64,000 bases of DNA, taken from positions 4,320,001-4,384,000 of the forward strand of contig OY969474.1 in NCBI GenBank assembly GCA_963700145.1, given 5' to 3'. Source of the stretch: an uncultured Acidobacteriota bacterium. GTDB lineage: Bacteria > Acidobacteriota > Thermoanaerobaculia > Multivoradales > UBA5704. A program made the translations under genes and the position numbers. Below are positions 50,345 to 59,468 of the stretch, piece after piece; the first letter of the stretch is position 1, and the number at the start of each line of letters is the position of its first letter. Below the pieces are notes generated by a model, which saw only the letters and a program-made list of their open reading frames with translations, did no database searches and was not told where the DNA came from.

Positions 50345-52203
50345 AGAGGAGCGCCGTCCTCGCGCTTCTCGCGGGTGCCCTCGGCGCCCAGGCCGGTTGC
50401 CGCGGCGAAGACGTCGCCTGGCAGCGCCACGGGATCTGCGAGCACCTCCGCGAGGCGCGCGTGACCGGCAAGGCCGCCCGCCCCGCGTGCACGACGTCCT
50501 GGCTCGGAGCGCGCGAGGTGCGCGACCCGCAGGTGCTGGCCACCCGCCCGCAGCGCGCCGTCGAGCGTCTCTCGGCCGGCGAGGTGCGGGCGCTGGCGCA
50601 GGCGGCGGGGTCCCGGGTCGCGCTGCGCGTCGCGCTCGGCGCCCAGCCCTACCTGAGCTTCGTGCCGCTGCGCGCGGAAGGCACTCCGTACTTCCGCTTC
50701 CGCGTGTCGGTGCGCCGGGAGGGGGAGCGGGCCGAGGTCGTCCACGCCGCCCCGGCGCCGCCGCCCGGCGGTCCGGCGCCGCCCGCGGTCGCGGTGGACC
50801 TCGGCCGCTGGGCGGGCGAGGAGGTGGAGCTGCTGCTCGACGTCGGCGCCCCCGGCGGCGCGGCGTCCGGCGCGCGGGCGCTTTGGGGGAGCCCGGCGGT
50901 CTACTCGCGCCGCGGCCCGCCGTCGCGCCCGAGCTCCCGCGCGGCGGAGAGGCCCAGCGTCCTTCTCCTGGGGATCGACACGCTGCGCGCCGACGCCCTC
51001 GGCGCCTACGGGCGGAAGCCCTCGGTGACGCCGGCGCTGGACCGCCTGGCGGCTGAGAGCGACCTCTTCCTCGACGCCTTCTCCTGCTTCAACGTCACCA
51101 ACCCGAGCTTCGCCTCGCTGCTGACCGGTCTCTACGGCAAGCACCACGGCGTCTACGACTTCGACACCGCGCTGCCGGCGGCACATACGACGCTGGCCGA
51201 GGTCTTCGCCGCCGCCGGCTACCGCACCGGCGCGGTGGTCTCGATCGACCACCTCGCGCCGCGCCGCTCCGGCCTCGGCCAGGGGTTCGCGGCGGTCGAG
51301 GCGACGCGCGGGCAGTTCGCCGCCGAGCGGGGGGTGGACTGGGCGATGGACTGGCTCGCGACGCCCGCGGCGTCCGGCGAGGCGGCGCGCCCCTTCTTCC
51401 TCTGGCTCCACCTCTTCGACCCACACACGCCGCACACGCCGCCGGCGCCGTTCGCCGTCGGGCGGCGCGCCGCGGCGCCGAGCGGGCTGGCGCCGCCGGC
51501 GGGCTGGACGCCCTTTCGCCCGCTCGGCCCGCGCGCCTTCCGCAACGGCGTCCTCGGCGGCCACCCCGACCTCTACGCTGGCGAGGTGGCGTATCTCGAC
51601 CGCCAGGTCGACCGCCTGCTCGGCTTCCTCGAAAGCCGCGGGTTGCTGGAGACGACGATCGTCGCCTTCGTCTCGGACCACGGCGAGAACCTGGAGGAGC
51701 ACGGCATCGAGTACCGGCACGCCGGCCTCTGGGACTCGACGACGCACGTGCCGCTCTTCGTCCGCTGGCCGGGGGCGGACGGAAGGGGGCGGCGGGTGTC
51801 GGGGCTGGTGCAGAACGTGGACCTCTTCCCGACGTTGCTGGCCGCCGCCAAGTTGGAGGTGCCGCCGCAGGACGGCATCGATTTGCGGCGGCTCGCCGGG
51901 CGCGGGCGGCGCGCCGTCTTCGCGGAGCACACGGGGCGTCTCGGGGCGATGGTGCGGACGCGGGAGCACAAGTACTGGGTCTCGCGCGGTAACCGCTTCG
52001 TAGCGGACGGGACGTACCTCTACGACCTCCGCCGCGACCCCCGTGAGCTCACCAACCTCGCCGGCCGCAACCTCCCCGTGGAGCGCCCCCTCGCTGCGCT
52101 GCTGGACCGCTGGCTCAAACAGCGTCGCAAAACGCCTGGGTCCACCCCTCGCGACCTCGCCCCCGAAGAGCGCGAACGACTGAAGGCTCTGGGGTACATC
52201 TAA
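50341..52203 (+). CDS. Second sulfatase-like alkaline-phosphatase-superfamily protein (Thr at the nucleophile position)
   Basis: GIDTLRAD, NVTNPSFASLLTG, DPHTP, SDHGE and C-terminal LKALGYI. Confidence 0.88.
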   Translation: MKRSAVLALLAGALGAQAGCRGEDVAWQRHGICEHLREARVTGKAARPACTTSWLGAREVRDPQVLATRPQRAVERLSAGEVRALAQAAGSRVALRVALGAQPYLSFVPLRAEGTPYFRFRVSVRREGERAEVVHAAPAPPPGGPAPPAVAVDLGRWAGEEVELLLDVGAPGGAASGARALWGSPAVYSRRGPPSRPSSRAAERPSVLLLGIDTLRADALGAYGRKPSVTPALDRLAAESDLFLDAFSCFNVTNPSFASLLTGLYGKHHGVYDFDTALPAAHTTLAEVFAAAGYRTGAVVSIDHLAPRRSGLGQGFAAVEATRGQFAAERGVDWAMDWLATPAASGEAARPFFLWLHLFDPHTPHTPPAPFAVGRRAAAPSGLAPPAGWTPFRPLGPRAFRNGVLGGHPDLYAGEVAYLDRQVDRLLGFLESRGLLETTIVAFVSDHGENLEEHGIEYRHAGLWDSTTHVPLFVRWPGADGRGRRVSGLVQNVDLFPTLLAAAKLEVPPQDGIDLRRLAGRGRRAVFAEHTGRLGAMVRTREHKYWVSRGNRFVADGTYLYDLRRDPRELTNLAGRNLPVERPLAALLDRWLKQRRKTPGSTPRDLAPEERERLKALGYI

Positions 52204-52456
52204 GATTCCCGCGCGGGACGGATAGTGCCGCGTGAGATGCCGGGCCACCCGGCCCGCGAAGAGGCGCGCCCGCTTCGCGGGTTCCTGGTTGGAAGAGGAA
52301 GTGGCGGATGAGTCAGGTCGGCTTCGTTCGCGTACGGCGGTGGCTCCCTCACCCGAACGCACCGCTTCGCGGGCCTCTGGCCCGGCACATCACGCGGCGC
52401 CATGACTCGGAACTCTGAAGTGACGTCGCCCCCGCCCACAAGCAACGACGCCTCCT

Positions 52457-52562
52457 TGTCATCCTGAGCGAGAGCGAAGGATCTGGGCGGGGGGCGGCGC
52501 GATGCTGGTGGGTTGTACCGCCACCCTGCCCCCCAGATCCCTCGCTCACGCTCGGGATGACA
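52457..52562. repeat. REP-like palindromic element
   Basis: TGTCATCCTGAGCG..GCGAAGGATCTGG ... CCAGATCCCTCGC..CGCTCGGGATGACA inverted arms, resembling widespread GTCATCC...GGATGAC repeats. Confidence 0.8.
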
Positions 52563-52829
52563 TAGGCAGGGGCTCCACCGCCGGTTCTAGGGCCCGCAGG
52601 TCTCTGGAGCGCCGGGCGGTCCGTCCGCTCCCCATGGCAGGCCACCGTGCGAGGCGACGAAGGCAAGAACGTGTTTGCCAGCAAGGAGCCCCTGTACCAG
52701 CACGCGAAGCGCGGACACAAAGGAGCGCCCGGCGCGGAGGAGAGCCTTCGGGACCCAACACCGGAACGATCGCAGCAAATAGGGGTGGGGGGAAGTTGGG
52801 CGCAGCGAGAGGTATAAGCTTCAGGGACC

Positions 52830-53807
52830 ATGCAGGTGGAAGTGTCGGTCGTCGTCCCGACGTACAACCGGCTGGACGTTCTCCCGGAGGTCCTCGCGGC
52901 GCTGGAGGCGCAGGCGGGGGGGCCTTCGTTCGAGGTGGTGGTGGTGGACGACGGCTCGACCGACGGCACCGGCGATTTCCTCGCGGCACGCCGGTTCCGG
53001 ATGCCGGCGCGGGTGCTGCGGCAGGAGAACCGCGGGCCCGCCGTGGCGCGCAACACCGGCGTCGCCGTCGCGCGCGGCCGCTGGGTGGCCTTCCTGGGGG
53101 ACGACACCGTCCCCGAGAGCGGCTGGCTCGCCGCCCATCGCGCTGCCCACCGCGCCCGCGGCGACGCCCCCAACCTCGCCGTCATCGGCTACACCGCCTG
53201 GCACCCGCGCCTCCGCCTCAACCTCTTCCTGCGCTACATCAACGACCACGGCCTCCAGTTCGGCTACGCCTTGATCGACCGCCCCGAAGCCGTGCCCTTC
53301 AACTTCTTCTACACCTCCAACCTCTCCCTGCCGCGCGACCTCCTCCTCGCCGAGCCCTTCGACACCCGCTTCCCCTACCCGGCGTGGGAGGACATCGAGT
53401 GCGCCTACCGCTTGCAGCGGCGGGGGTTGCGGCTGGTCTACGAGCCGCGCGCCGTGGTCGCGCACGACCATCCCACCGACCTCGCCCGCTTCGCCGAGCG
53501 GCAGGAGAAGGCCGGCTACTGCGCCGTCGTCTTCCACGCCCTCCATCCCGAGCTCGGCGGCTTCCTCGGCCTCGGGCCGGACGGGCCGCCGCCGCTCCCC
53601 CCCGCCGGCCGCCAGCGGCTGGTGGAAACCCTGGTGCGCAGCTTGCAGAATTGGCCAATCAAGCTCCCGCGACTCTGGGACGAAATGCTCCGCTACCACT
53701 ACATCCGCGGCCTCCGCCGCGGGTGGTCCGAGCGGGCGGGCGACCGAGCCGGTGAGCGAAAGGAGGCATTCCATGCGTCACCCACGACGAGCGCCGCGGC
53801 CTCGTAG
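52830..53807 (+). CDS. Glycosyltransferase family 2
   Basis: VSVVVPTYNR, VDDGSTDGT, GPAVARN.G, FLGDD and WEDIE. Confidence 0.9.
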   Translation: MQVEVSVVVPTYNRLDVLPEVLAALEAQAGGPSFEVVVVDDGSTDGTGDFLAARRFRMPARVLRQENRGPAVARNTGVAVARGRWVAFLGDDTVPESGWLAAHRAAHRARGDAPNLAVIGYTAWHPRLRLNLFLRYINDHGLQFGYALIDRPEAVPFNFFYTSNLSLPRDLLLAEPFDTRFPYPAWEDIECAYRLQRRGLRLVYEPRAVVAHDHPTDLARFAERQEKAGYCAVVFHALHPELGGFLGLGPDGPPPLPPAGRQRLVETLVRSLQNWPIKLPRLWDEMLRYHYIRGLRRGWSERAGDRAGERKEAFHASPTTSAAAS

Positions 53808-54975
53808 CGCCGCCGCGGTCGCGCCGATCCTGTTCGTCTCCCTGCTCCTGCCGGCGGCGGCGGTCGCCGCCGACCGCGAGACCCCGCGCGCCATCTCGCG
53901 CGAAGGCAGCCCCGCCGCGCGCTCCTCCTCCGGCGACCGCTCCCCGACCCGCTCGGCGCCGTCGCAGCCGGTCGCCCGCAGCGGCGACCGCACGCCGAGC
54001 GGCGGCTCCGGCGGCAGCTCCGCCGCGCGCGTCCCCGACGATCGCCGCGGCGACCGCCGCGACCGCGCCGAGGCGCGCCACCGCTGGGGCGGCGGCGGCC
54101 GGCACCACGGCTACTACCCCTACTACGGCGGTTGGTACGGCAGCGGCTGGTACGGCGGCTTCTGGACCAGCCTCCTGTTCGACTTCTACGGGCCCTGGTC
54201 CTACCACGCGCCCTACGGCTACGGCCATGGCTACGGCCATGGCGGCTACCGCAGCGGCCGCGCCTGGGACGGCGAGGACTGGGGCGCTCTCGACCTCGAC
54301 GTCTCGCCGGCCAAGACCGAGGTCTTCCTCGACGGCCAGTACCTCGGCCGCGTCGACGCCTTCGACGGCTTCCCGCAGTACCTCTGGCTGGAAGAGGGCA
54401 CCTACGACCTGGTCCTCTACAGGGACGGCTACAAGACGATCGCGCGCCAGGTCACCGTGCTGCCCGGGGTGGTCATCGAGGTGGACCACAACCTCGAGCC
54501 CGGAGAGTCGGTGCGACCCGAAAACCTGGCCTCCACGTCCCACGAGCGCCGCGACCGGCGGCTGCGCTACGAGCGCGAGGCGCGCGAGCGGGTGCGCGAG
54601 ATGGAGGGCGAGGACATGGAGGGTGAGGACGAGGACGAAGAGGAGATGGACGGCGGCGACACCCAGGTCGAGATGGAAGCCGAGGCCGAGGCCGACGAAG
54701 GCGACACGCGGTTCGAGCGACGGCGAGAGCGCGACCGCGCCGAAGTCGGGCGGGTGCGGCTCGAGGTCGAGCCGGACGACGCTTCGGTCTACCTCGACGG
54801 ACGCTTCCTCGGCACCGGCGCCGAGATCGGGCGCCTCCACGCCGGCCTCATCCTCGACCACGGCGCGCACAAGATCTCGGTGGTGCGTCCCGGCTACCGG
54901 GCGCGCGAGCTGAGCTTCGACGTCAAGGAAGGGGAGGAGCTGGAGCTCGAGGTCAGTCTGGAGCCGGGGAACTAG
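53773..54975 (+). CDS. Secreted protein with two PEGA domains
   Basis: AGGAGG SD; signal peptide; Gly/Tyr/His-rich tract; VSP.KTEVFLDGQYLG and VEPDDASVYLDGRFLG separated by an acidic linker. Confidence 0.85.
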   Translation: MRHPRRAPRPRSAAAVAPILFVSLLLPAAAVAADRETPRAISREGSPAARSSSGDRSPTRSAPSQPVARSGDRTPSGGSGGSSAARVPDDRRGDRRDRAEARHRWGGGGRHHGYYPYYGGWYGSGWYGGFWTSLLFDFYGPWSYHAPYGYGHGYGHGGYRSGRAWDGEDWGALDLDVSPAKTEVFLDGQYLGRVDAFDGFPQYLWLEEGTYDLVLYRDGYKTIARQVTVLPGVVIEVDHNLEPGESVRPENLASTSHERRDRRLRYEREARERVREMEGEDMEGEDEDEEEMDGGDTQVEMEAEAEADEGDTRFERRRERDRAEVGRVRLEVEPDDASVYLDGRFLGTGAEIGRLHAGLILDHGAHKISVVRPGYRARELSFDVKEGEELELEVSLEPGN

Positions 54976-54976
54976 A

Positions 54977-55000
54977 CGCGAAGGCTTTCGCGCCGGGCTC
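54977..55000 (-). repeat. 24-nt dispersed REP-like palindromic repeat, copy 2
   Basis: Exact reverse complement of 484..507; lies between convergent genes. Confidence 0.75.
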
Positions 55001-55029
55001 CGAAAAACTCGGCGGGCAGGGGCGCGGCG

Positions 55030-55584
55030 TCACTCGACGCTCAGCCCCTGCTCCTCCATCTTCAACAGCCAGACCTTCTTCCGCGTGCCGCCGACGTAGC
55101 TGCCGACGCCGGCGCGGTTGGTCACCACGCGGTGGCAAGGGACGATGATCGGCAGCGGGTTCTCCGACAGCACCGCCAGCACCTGGCGGTAGGCCTCGGG
55201 GCGCCCGGCCCCTTCCGCCACCATCCGGTACGTGCGCGTCTTGCCGTAGGGGATCTTCGCCGTCTCGCGCAGCACCCGCCGCGCGAACGGCTCGAGGCCG
55301 CAGGCGGCGAGGTCGAACTCCACGTCCAGCTTGCGCCGCGCGCCCGCGAAGTACTCGGCGAAGCGGCCGCAGACCTCCTCCAGGAAGTCGGCGCCGTCCA
55401 CCTTGCCGAGCTTCTGCAGGGGGGTGAAGGCGCGCCGCTCGGCGGCCGGCGGATCGATGCGGACGCGGGTCAAGGCCTGGCCGGCGAGCTCGAGGCCGAG
55501 CAGCCCGACCGGCGAAGGCATCAGGACGCGCGCGGTGGGCGGCGGGACCGCCTCCGGCGCCTCGGCCTCGTGGACCTCGGGCAT
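55030..55584 (-). CDS. ogt: Methylated-DNA--protein-cysteine methyltransferase
   Basis: IPYGKTRTY and NPLPIIVPCHRVV active-site motif. Confidence 0.93.
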   Translation of the reverse strand: MPEVHEAEAPEAVPPPTARVLMPSPVGLLGLELAGQALTRVRIDPPAAERRAFTPLQKLGKVDGADFLEEVCGRFAEYFAGARRKLDVEFDLAACGLEPFARRVLRETAKIPYGKTRTYRMVAEGAGRPEAYRQVLAVLSENPLPIIVPCHRVVTNRAGVGSYVGGTRKKVWLLKMEEQGLSVE

Positions 55585-55660
55585 GGGGTGAGGTTATGCA
55601 CAAGGCCGCGCCGGGCGCAACCCGAGAGGGATCGGCGCCCGGCAGGGCCCCGGGGGGAGG

Positions 55661-55930
55661 CTAGCTGCGCTTGGAGGAGCGGCCCTTGGCGCCGCCCGAC
55701 GTGCCGCCCGATCTCTTGGGCGACGACTTCTTGCTCGCGCTGCTCTTGCTCGCCGCCGCCGACTTCTTCTTCGCCTTCGAGCGTTTGCGCGCCGCGGCCG
55801 CCACGGCGAGCCCCGCCGCCGCCAACCCTGCCGCTGCCGCGGCCGCCGTGGCGACCTTCTTGGCGCCCGAGCGCTTCTTGCCGGCGCTGCTCTTGGCGGT
55901 CCCTCCAGCCGAGGATTTCTTCGTCGCCAC
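55661..55930 (-). CDS. Small Lys/Ser/Ala-rich basic protein with a central hydrophobic segment
   Basis: AGGAGG SD 7 nt before GTG 55930; ATKKSS...AAAAAAGLAAAGLAVAAAA RKRSKAKKK. Confidence 0.7.
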   Translation of the reverse strand: MATKKSSAGGTAKSSAGKKRSGAKKVATAAAAAAGLAAAGLAVAAAARKRSKAKKKSAAASKSSASKKSSPKRSGGTSGGAKGRSSKRS

Positions 55931-56100
55931 TCTCACACCTCCTTTTCGGTCATTGGAGCTGGTCGTTCGCGCGAGCGCCGCGCGGCGTGAACGACATCCG
56001 CTAGCGCTCGGCGAGATCGCGCGTCAAAAACAGCAAGAAGCGTGCCTCGCGCGCTTTCGCACGCGGGCACGCCGAGGTGTCGCGAGCGGGGTGAAGCGGA

Positions 56101-56670
56101 TTACCAGCGGCCGCGCAGGCCGAGGTAGATCTTCCCTTGGATGTCGTCGGTGGCGTCCTGCACGAGGTCGAAGCGCCCGGTGCCGAACGCGCTCCAGCTG
56201 TCGCTGACGTAGAGGTCGATGCCGAACTGCGCGTTGGCGCCGAACTTCGTCTCGGTGTCGTCGCCGGGCAGCCCGAGCAGCTCGGCGTCGATCCAGTGGA
56301 TGCCGGCGCCGACGCCGAAGAAGCTGTCGACGGCGCCGAGCGGCAGCACACCGACCAGGTTCACGCCGGCGAGCAGGTCGCTGGCGCCGCTGTCGCCGTC
56401 CTCCCAGTAGCCGACCTCGGGCTCGAGGTAGCCGTCGATGCCCCCGGCCTGCCTGCCGCGACCCTCGTCGCGGCCGGCCGCGAAGCGCAGCGCCGCCGTG
56501 AAGTAGGTCTCGACGTCGTCGGCCGGCTCCACCAGCCCGACCCCGATCGCCAGCGCGAAGTCGTCGCGGTCGTCGTCGTATTCGTCGTCGTCATCCTGGG
56601 CGAACGCGGGGGCTCCCGCCAGCAACATGGTCACCGCGAGCGCGGCGGTCAACGTGGTCCAGCGCTTCAT
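56101..56670 (-). CDS. Small outer-membrane beta-barrel protein
   Basis: Signal peptide ending AFA; amphipathic strands (FFGVGAGIH, AQFGIDL, YLGLRGRW); C-terminal aromatic residue. Confidence 0.8.
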   Translation of the reverse strand: MKRWTTLTAALAVTMLLAGAPAFAQDDDDEYDDDRDDFALAIGVGLVEPADDVETYFTAALRFAAGRDEGRGRQAGGIDGYLEPEVGYWEDGDSGASDLLAGVNLVGVLPLGAVDSFFGVGAGIHWIDAELLGLPGDDTETKFGANAQFGIDLYVSDSWSAFGTGRFDLVQDATDDIQGKIYLGLRGRW

Positions 56671-56793
56671 GTTTTCCCTCCTTCCACGGAACGACCCCGG
56701 ACGCCCGCACGGCCCCGCCGATGCGTGTTCCGAAGGCTCATTTGGCGATCAACGACGCAATGTTATCACGCCAGCGGAGGAACCCTCCGCGTG

Positions 56794-57768
56794 TCATGCC
56801 GCGGCCGCTTCTAGGTCGGCCAGGATCGCCTCCCGCACGCGCGGCAGGTGCTCGAGACCGTCGGGATAGGTCAGGCGCTTGACCGGCACCGCGACGGCCA
56901 GTCGCGCGAGGACGTCGAAGCGCCGGGGCTGCCAGCCGGCGGCCTCGACGAGCGCGCCGACGAACGAGTGGCGGACGAGCTCGATCAGCGCGGCGCGCGG
57001 CGCCAGGGCCTCCACCTCGACGCCCCCGGCCGCGCCGGGACGCCGGACGGGCAGGTAGAAGCCGGACAGGGGCCGCTCGGCCGCCTCGAAGGCGCCGAAG
57101 CCGCCGGCGCCGACGGGCACGCGCAGCTTCGGGGAATCGCGGTGCACGCGCGGCAAGCGCGCCGCCGGACCGCAGAAGCGCTCCGCCGCCGCCGGCCAGA
57201 GGCGCATCTGGGGGTAGCCGTGGCGGCCGGAGAAGCCGCCGGGGCCCGGCTCGACGGCGAGGACGTCGTCGGTCAGCAGCGGCAGGCCCCCGTCCATCAT
57301 CGCCGCGGCGAGCGAGCTCTTGCCGCCACCGTTGCGGGAGAGGAAGCCGACCGTCCGCCCGCCGGCCGCCACCACCGCCGCGGCATGGAGGCTGGGCACC
57401 CCGGCGCGCTCGAGCCAGCAGGACAGGACCGTGCCGAGCAGGTGGACCTCCACCGGCCCGAGGTCGTCCGGGTCGGCGGTGTGGCAGACGATCCCGTCGG
57501 CGCCGAGGTGGAAGTCGCCGACGCCCGGGAAGCGCAGGAGGTCGCCCGCCGCGAGCCGGTAGAACGAGCAGTTGCTCTCGCCCCGCGCGGTGCGGAAGCG
57601 GCTGGCGTAGACCGGCGCCGGCAGCTCGTCCGGGGCCGGCGGCGCGCCGGCGCAGGTGAAGGTCAGGTCGGGCGGGCCGGCGCCCGCCGGCAGGCAGCTG
57701 GCGAAGGGGAAATCGCTCGCCAGGACGAGACCGAAGAGGCGGTACGTCCGCCAGGGTCGCTCGCTCAT
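56794..57768 (-). CDS. HPr-kinase-like (PadeK-like) kinase
   Basis: C-terminal 324 aa of track ORF 56794..58293: YRLFGL, LHAAAV, Walker A SRNGGGKSSL, LTDD; ATGA coupling to the upstream cyclase. Confidence 0.85.
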   Translation of the reverse strand: MSERPWRTYRLFGLVLASDFPFASCLPAGAGPPDLTFTCAGAPPAPDELPAPVYASRFRTARGESNCSFYRLAAGDLLRFPGVGDFHLGADGIVCHTADPDDLGPVEVHLLGTVLSCWLERAGVPSLHAAAVVAAGGRTVGFLSRNGGGKSSLAAAMMDGGLPLLTDDVLAVEPGPGGFSGRHGYPQMRLWPAAAERFCGPAARLPRVHRDSPKLRVPVGAGGFGAFEAAERPLSGFYLPVRRPGAAGGVEVEALAPRAALIELVRHSFVGALVEAAGWQPRRFDVLARLAVAVPVKRLTYPDGLEHLPRVREAILADLEAAAA

Positions 57769-59462
57769 GCCGCGTACCGCCGCAGCCAGGCCTCCAGGGT
57801 GAGCGTGTGCCAGAAGCGGGCGCTGCGGCTGCGCCCGGCCAGGTAGTCGCCGTAGGCCTCGCGCAGCCGGCGCTCGTCGACGAAGCCCATCCTCGCCGCG
57901 CGCATGCCGGTCATCAGCGCCCAGGCCTTCGCCCGCTCGCGCTCGCGCAGGCCGCGCCGGAAGATGGCTTCGGGATAGGTCTTGCCCCGGCGGTCGAGCA
58001 CCGCGTCGGGAAGACGGCCGCGCATCGCGCGGCGCACGATCTCTTTCCGCCGGCCGGCGGCGAAGGACTGATCGGTGGGGAGGGCGGCGGCGAAATCGAA
58101 CAGCCGGTGGTCGAGCAGCGGATGGCGGAAGTCGATGCCGTACTCCGCCGCCTGCCGGGTGACCTGTGCGGCGACGACCGGCAGCAGCGGGTCGCGCAGC
58201 TGCCGCAGCCGCTCGCGGCGCCCGGGGAGGAGCCGCCGCGGCAGCGGCGGAGGCTCCGCCGGCGCCTCCCGCCGCAACCGCTCGCCCAGCCACGGCACCG
58301 GCGGCGATCGCCGGCGCTCGCGCGCCGGGATGTAGGCGTTGGCGATCGGCGCAAGCGTCATCCAGCGCACGAGCTGGAGCGCCGTCAGCTCCGAGTGCCG
58401 CGCCTGGTCCCGGACCTCGGCGGCGAGCCGCCGCCAGCGGCCGGTCAGCAGGAGGTCGGGGTAGGAGAAGACCTCCCCCCCGAAGAGCGTGTCGCCGCTC
58501 AAGCCCGAGAAGAGGACGCTCACCCCGTGCTCACGCACGCTGTGGAAGGTCGCCTCCCAGAGTCCGGCGTAGGAGTTGGCGAGCGGCGTGGCCGGCTCGG
58601 GGCGGATGCCGGGGTCGCCGCGCAGCGGCCAGTGCTGATCGCCGGCGATGGTGACGCTGCGGCAGCCCAGCCGCGCGCAGACGGCCGCGATCGCCGCGCT
58701 CTCGTCGGCCTCCGGCAGCTCCGGCGCGATCCAGGAGAAGGCGGTGCAGACGGCGGCCGGCGCGGCCTCGCGGATCGCCGCAGCGATGGTCGGGGAGTCC
58801 AGCCCGCCGCTCAGGGTCACTCCCACTTCGCCGGGCGGCGTGTACTCGGCGGCGATCGGCAGCAAGAGATCGCGGAAGGCTTCGGCGTAGGCGGCGTCGT
58901 CGCGCAGGCGGAGGGCCGGCCGCGGCCCGGGCCGCCAGTAGACCTCGCTCGCGATGCGGTCGCGCGTCGCCGTGAGCAGCCCGCCGGGCTCGACGGCGGA
59001 GATCCCGCGATAGAAGGTCTCGCCCGGCGCCGGGGCCCGCCCGTGGAGCTGCGCCAGCACCGCGCGTGGATTGACCTCCGGCCGCGCCACCGCGAGGAGG
59101 GGCTCGACGCCGCCGGCCAGCTGCAGCGTGCCGTCCGCCTCGCGGTAGCAGAGCTCGTGCACCCCCAGGCGGTCGCGCACGGCGAGCAGCCGCCCGCGGT
59201 CGCCGTCCCAGAGGACCCAGGCGAACGGCCCGTAGACGAGACGGGGAGCCTCGCTCCCGTAGCGCTCGTAGAGGGCGACCGCTAGCTTGAGGTCGGAGAG
59301 CGCGGCCGGCGCGCCGAGCCGCGCCAGCAGCTCGCGCCGGTTGGCGATGAACCCCGCCGACCAGAGGCCGCTCAGCCCGGCCGGCGCGGGCGCGCCGCGC
59401 TCCCACGAGATCAGGGACGGCGGTGCGGCGCGGCTCGCGGCGAGCGGAGCGCTGGTCGGCAT
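57765..59462 (-). CDS. Asparagine-synthetase-like lasso cyclase homolog (downstream copy)
   Basis: GPFAWVLWD..RDRLG, PP-loop LSGGLDS, SGDTLF and HPLLDHRL; no N-terminal Cys. Confidence 0.88.
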   Translation of the reverse strand: MPTSAPLAASRAAPPSLISWERGAPAPAGLSGLWSAGFIANRRELLARLGAPAALSDLKLAVALYERYGSEAPRLVYGPFAWVLWDGDRGRLLAVRDRLGVHELCYREADGTLQLAGGVEPLLAVARPEVNPRAVLAQLHGRAPAPGETFYRGISAVEPGGLLTATRDRIASEVYWRPGPRPALRLRDDAAYAEAFRDLLLPIAAEYTPPGEVGVTLSGGLDSPTIAAAIREAAPAAVCTAFSWIAPELPEADESAAIAAVCARLGCRSVTIAGDQHWPLRGDPGIRPEPATPLANSYAGLWEATFHSVREHGVSVLFSGLSGDTLFGGEVFSYPDLLLTGRWRRLAAEVRDQARHSELTALQLVRWMTLAPIANAYIPARERRRSPPVPWLGERLRREAPAEPPPLPRRLLPGRRERLRQLRDPLLPVVAAQVTRQAAEYGIDFRHPLLDHRLFDFAAALPTDQSFAAGRRKEIVRRAMRGRLPDAVLDRRGKTYPEAIFRRGLRERERAKAWALMTGMRAARMGFVDERRLREAYGDYLAGRSRSARFWHTLTLEAWLRRYAA

Positions 59463-59468
59463 CGGCCG

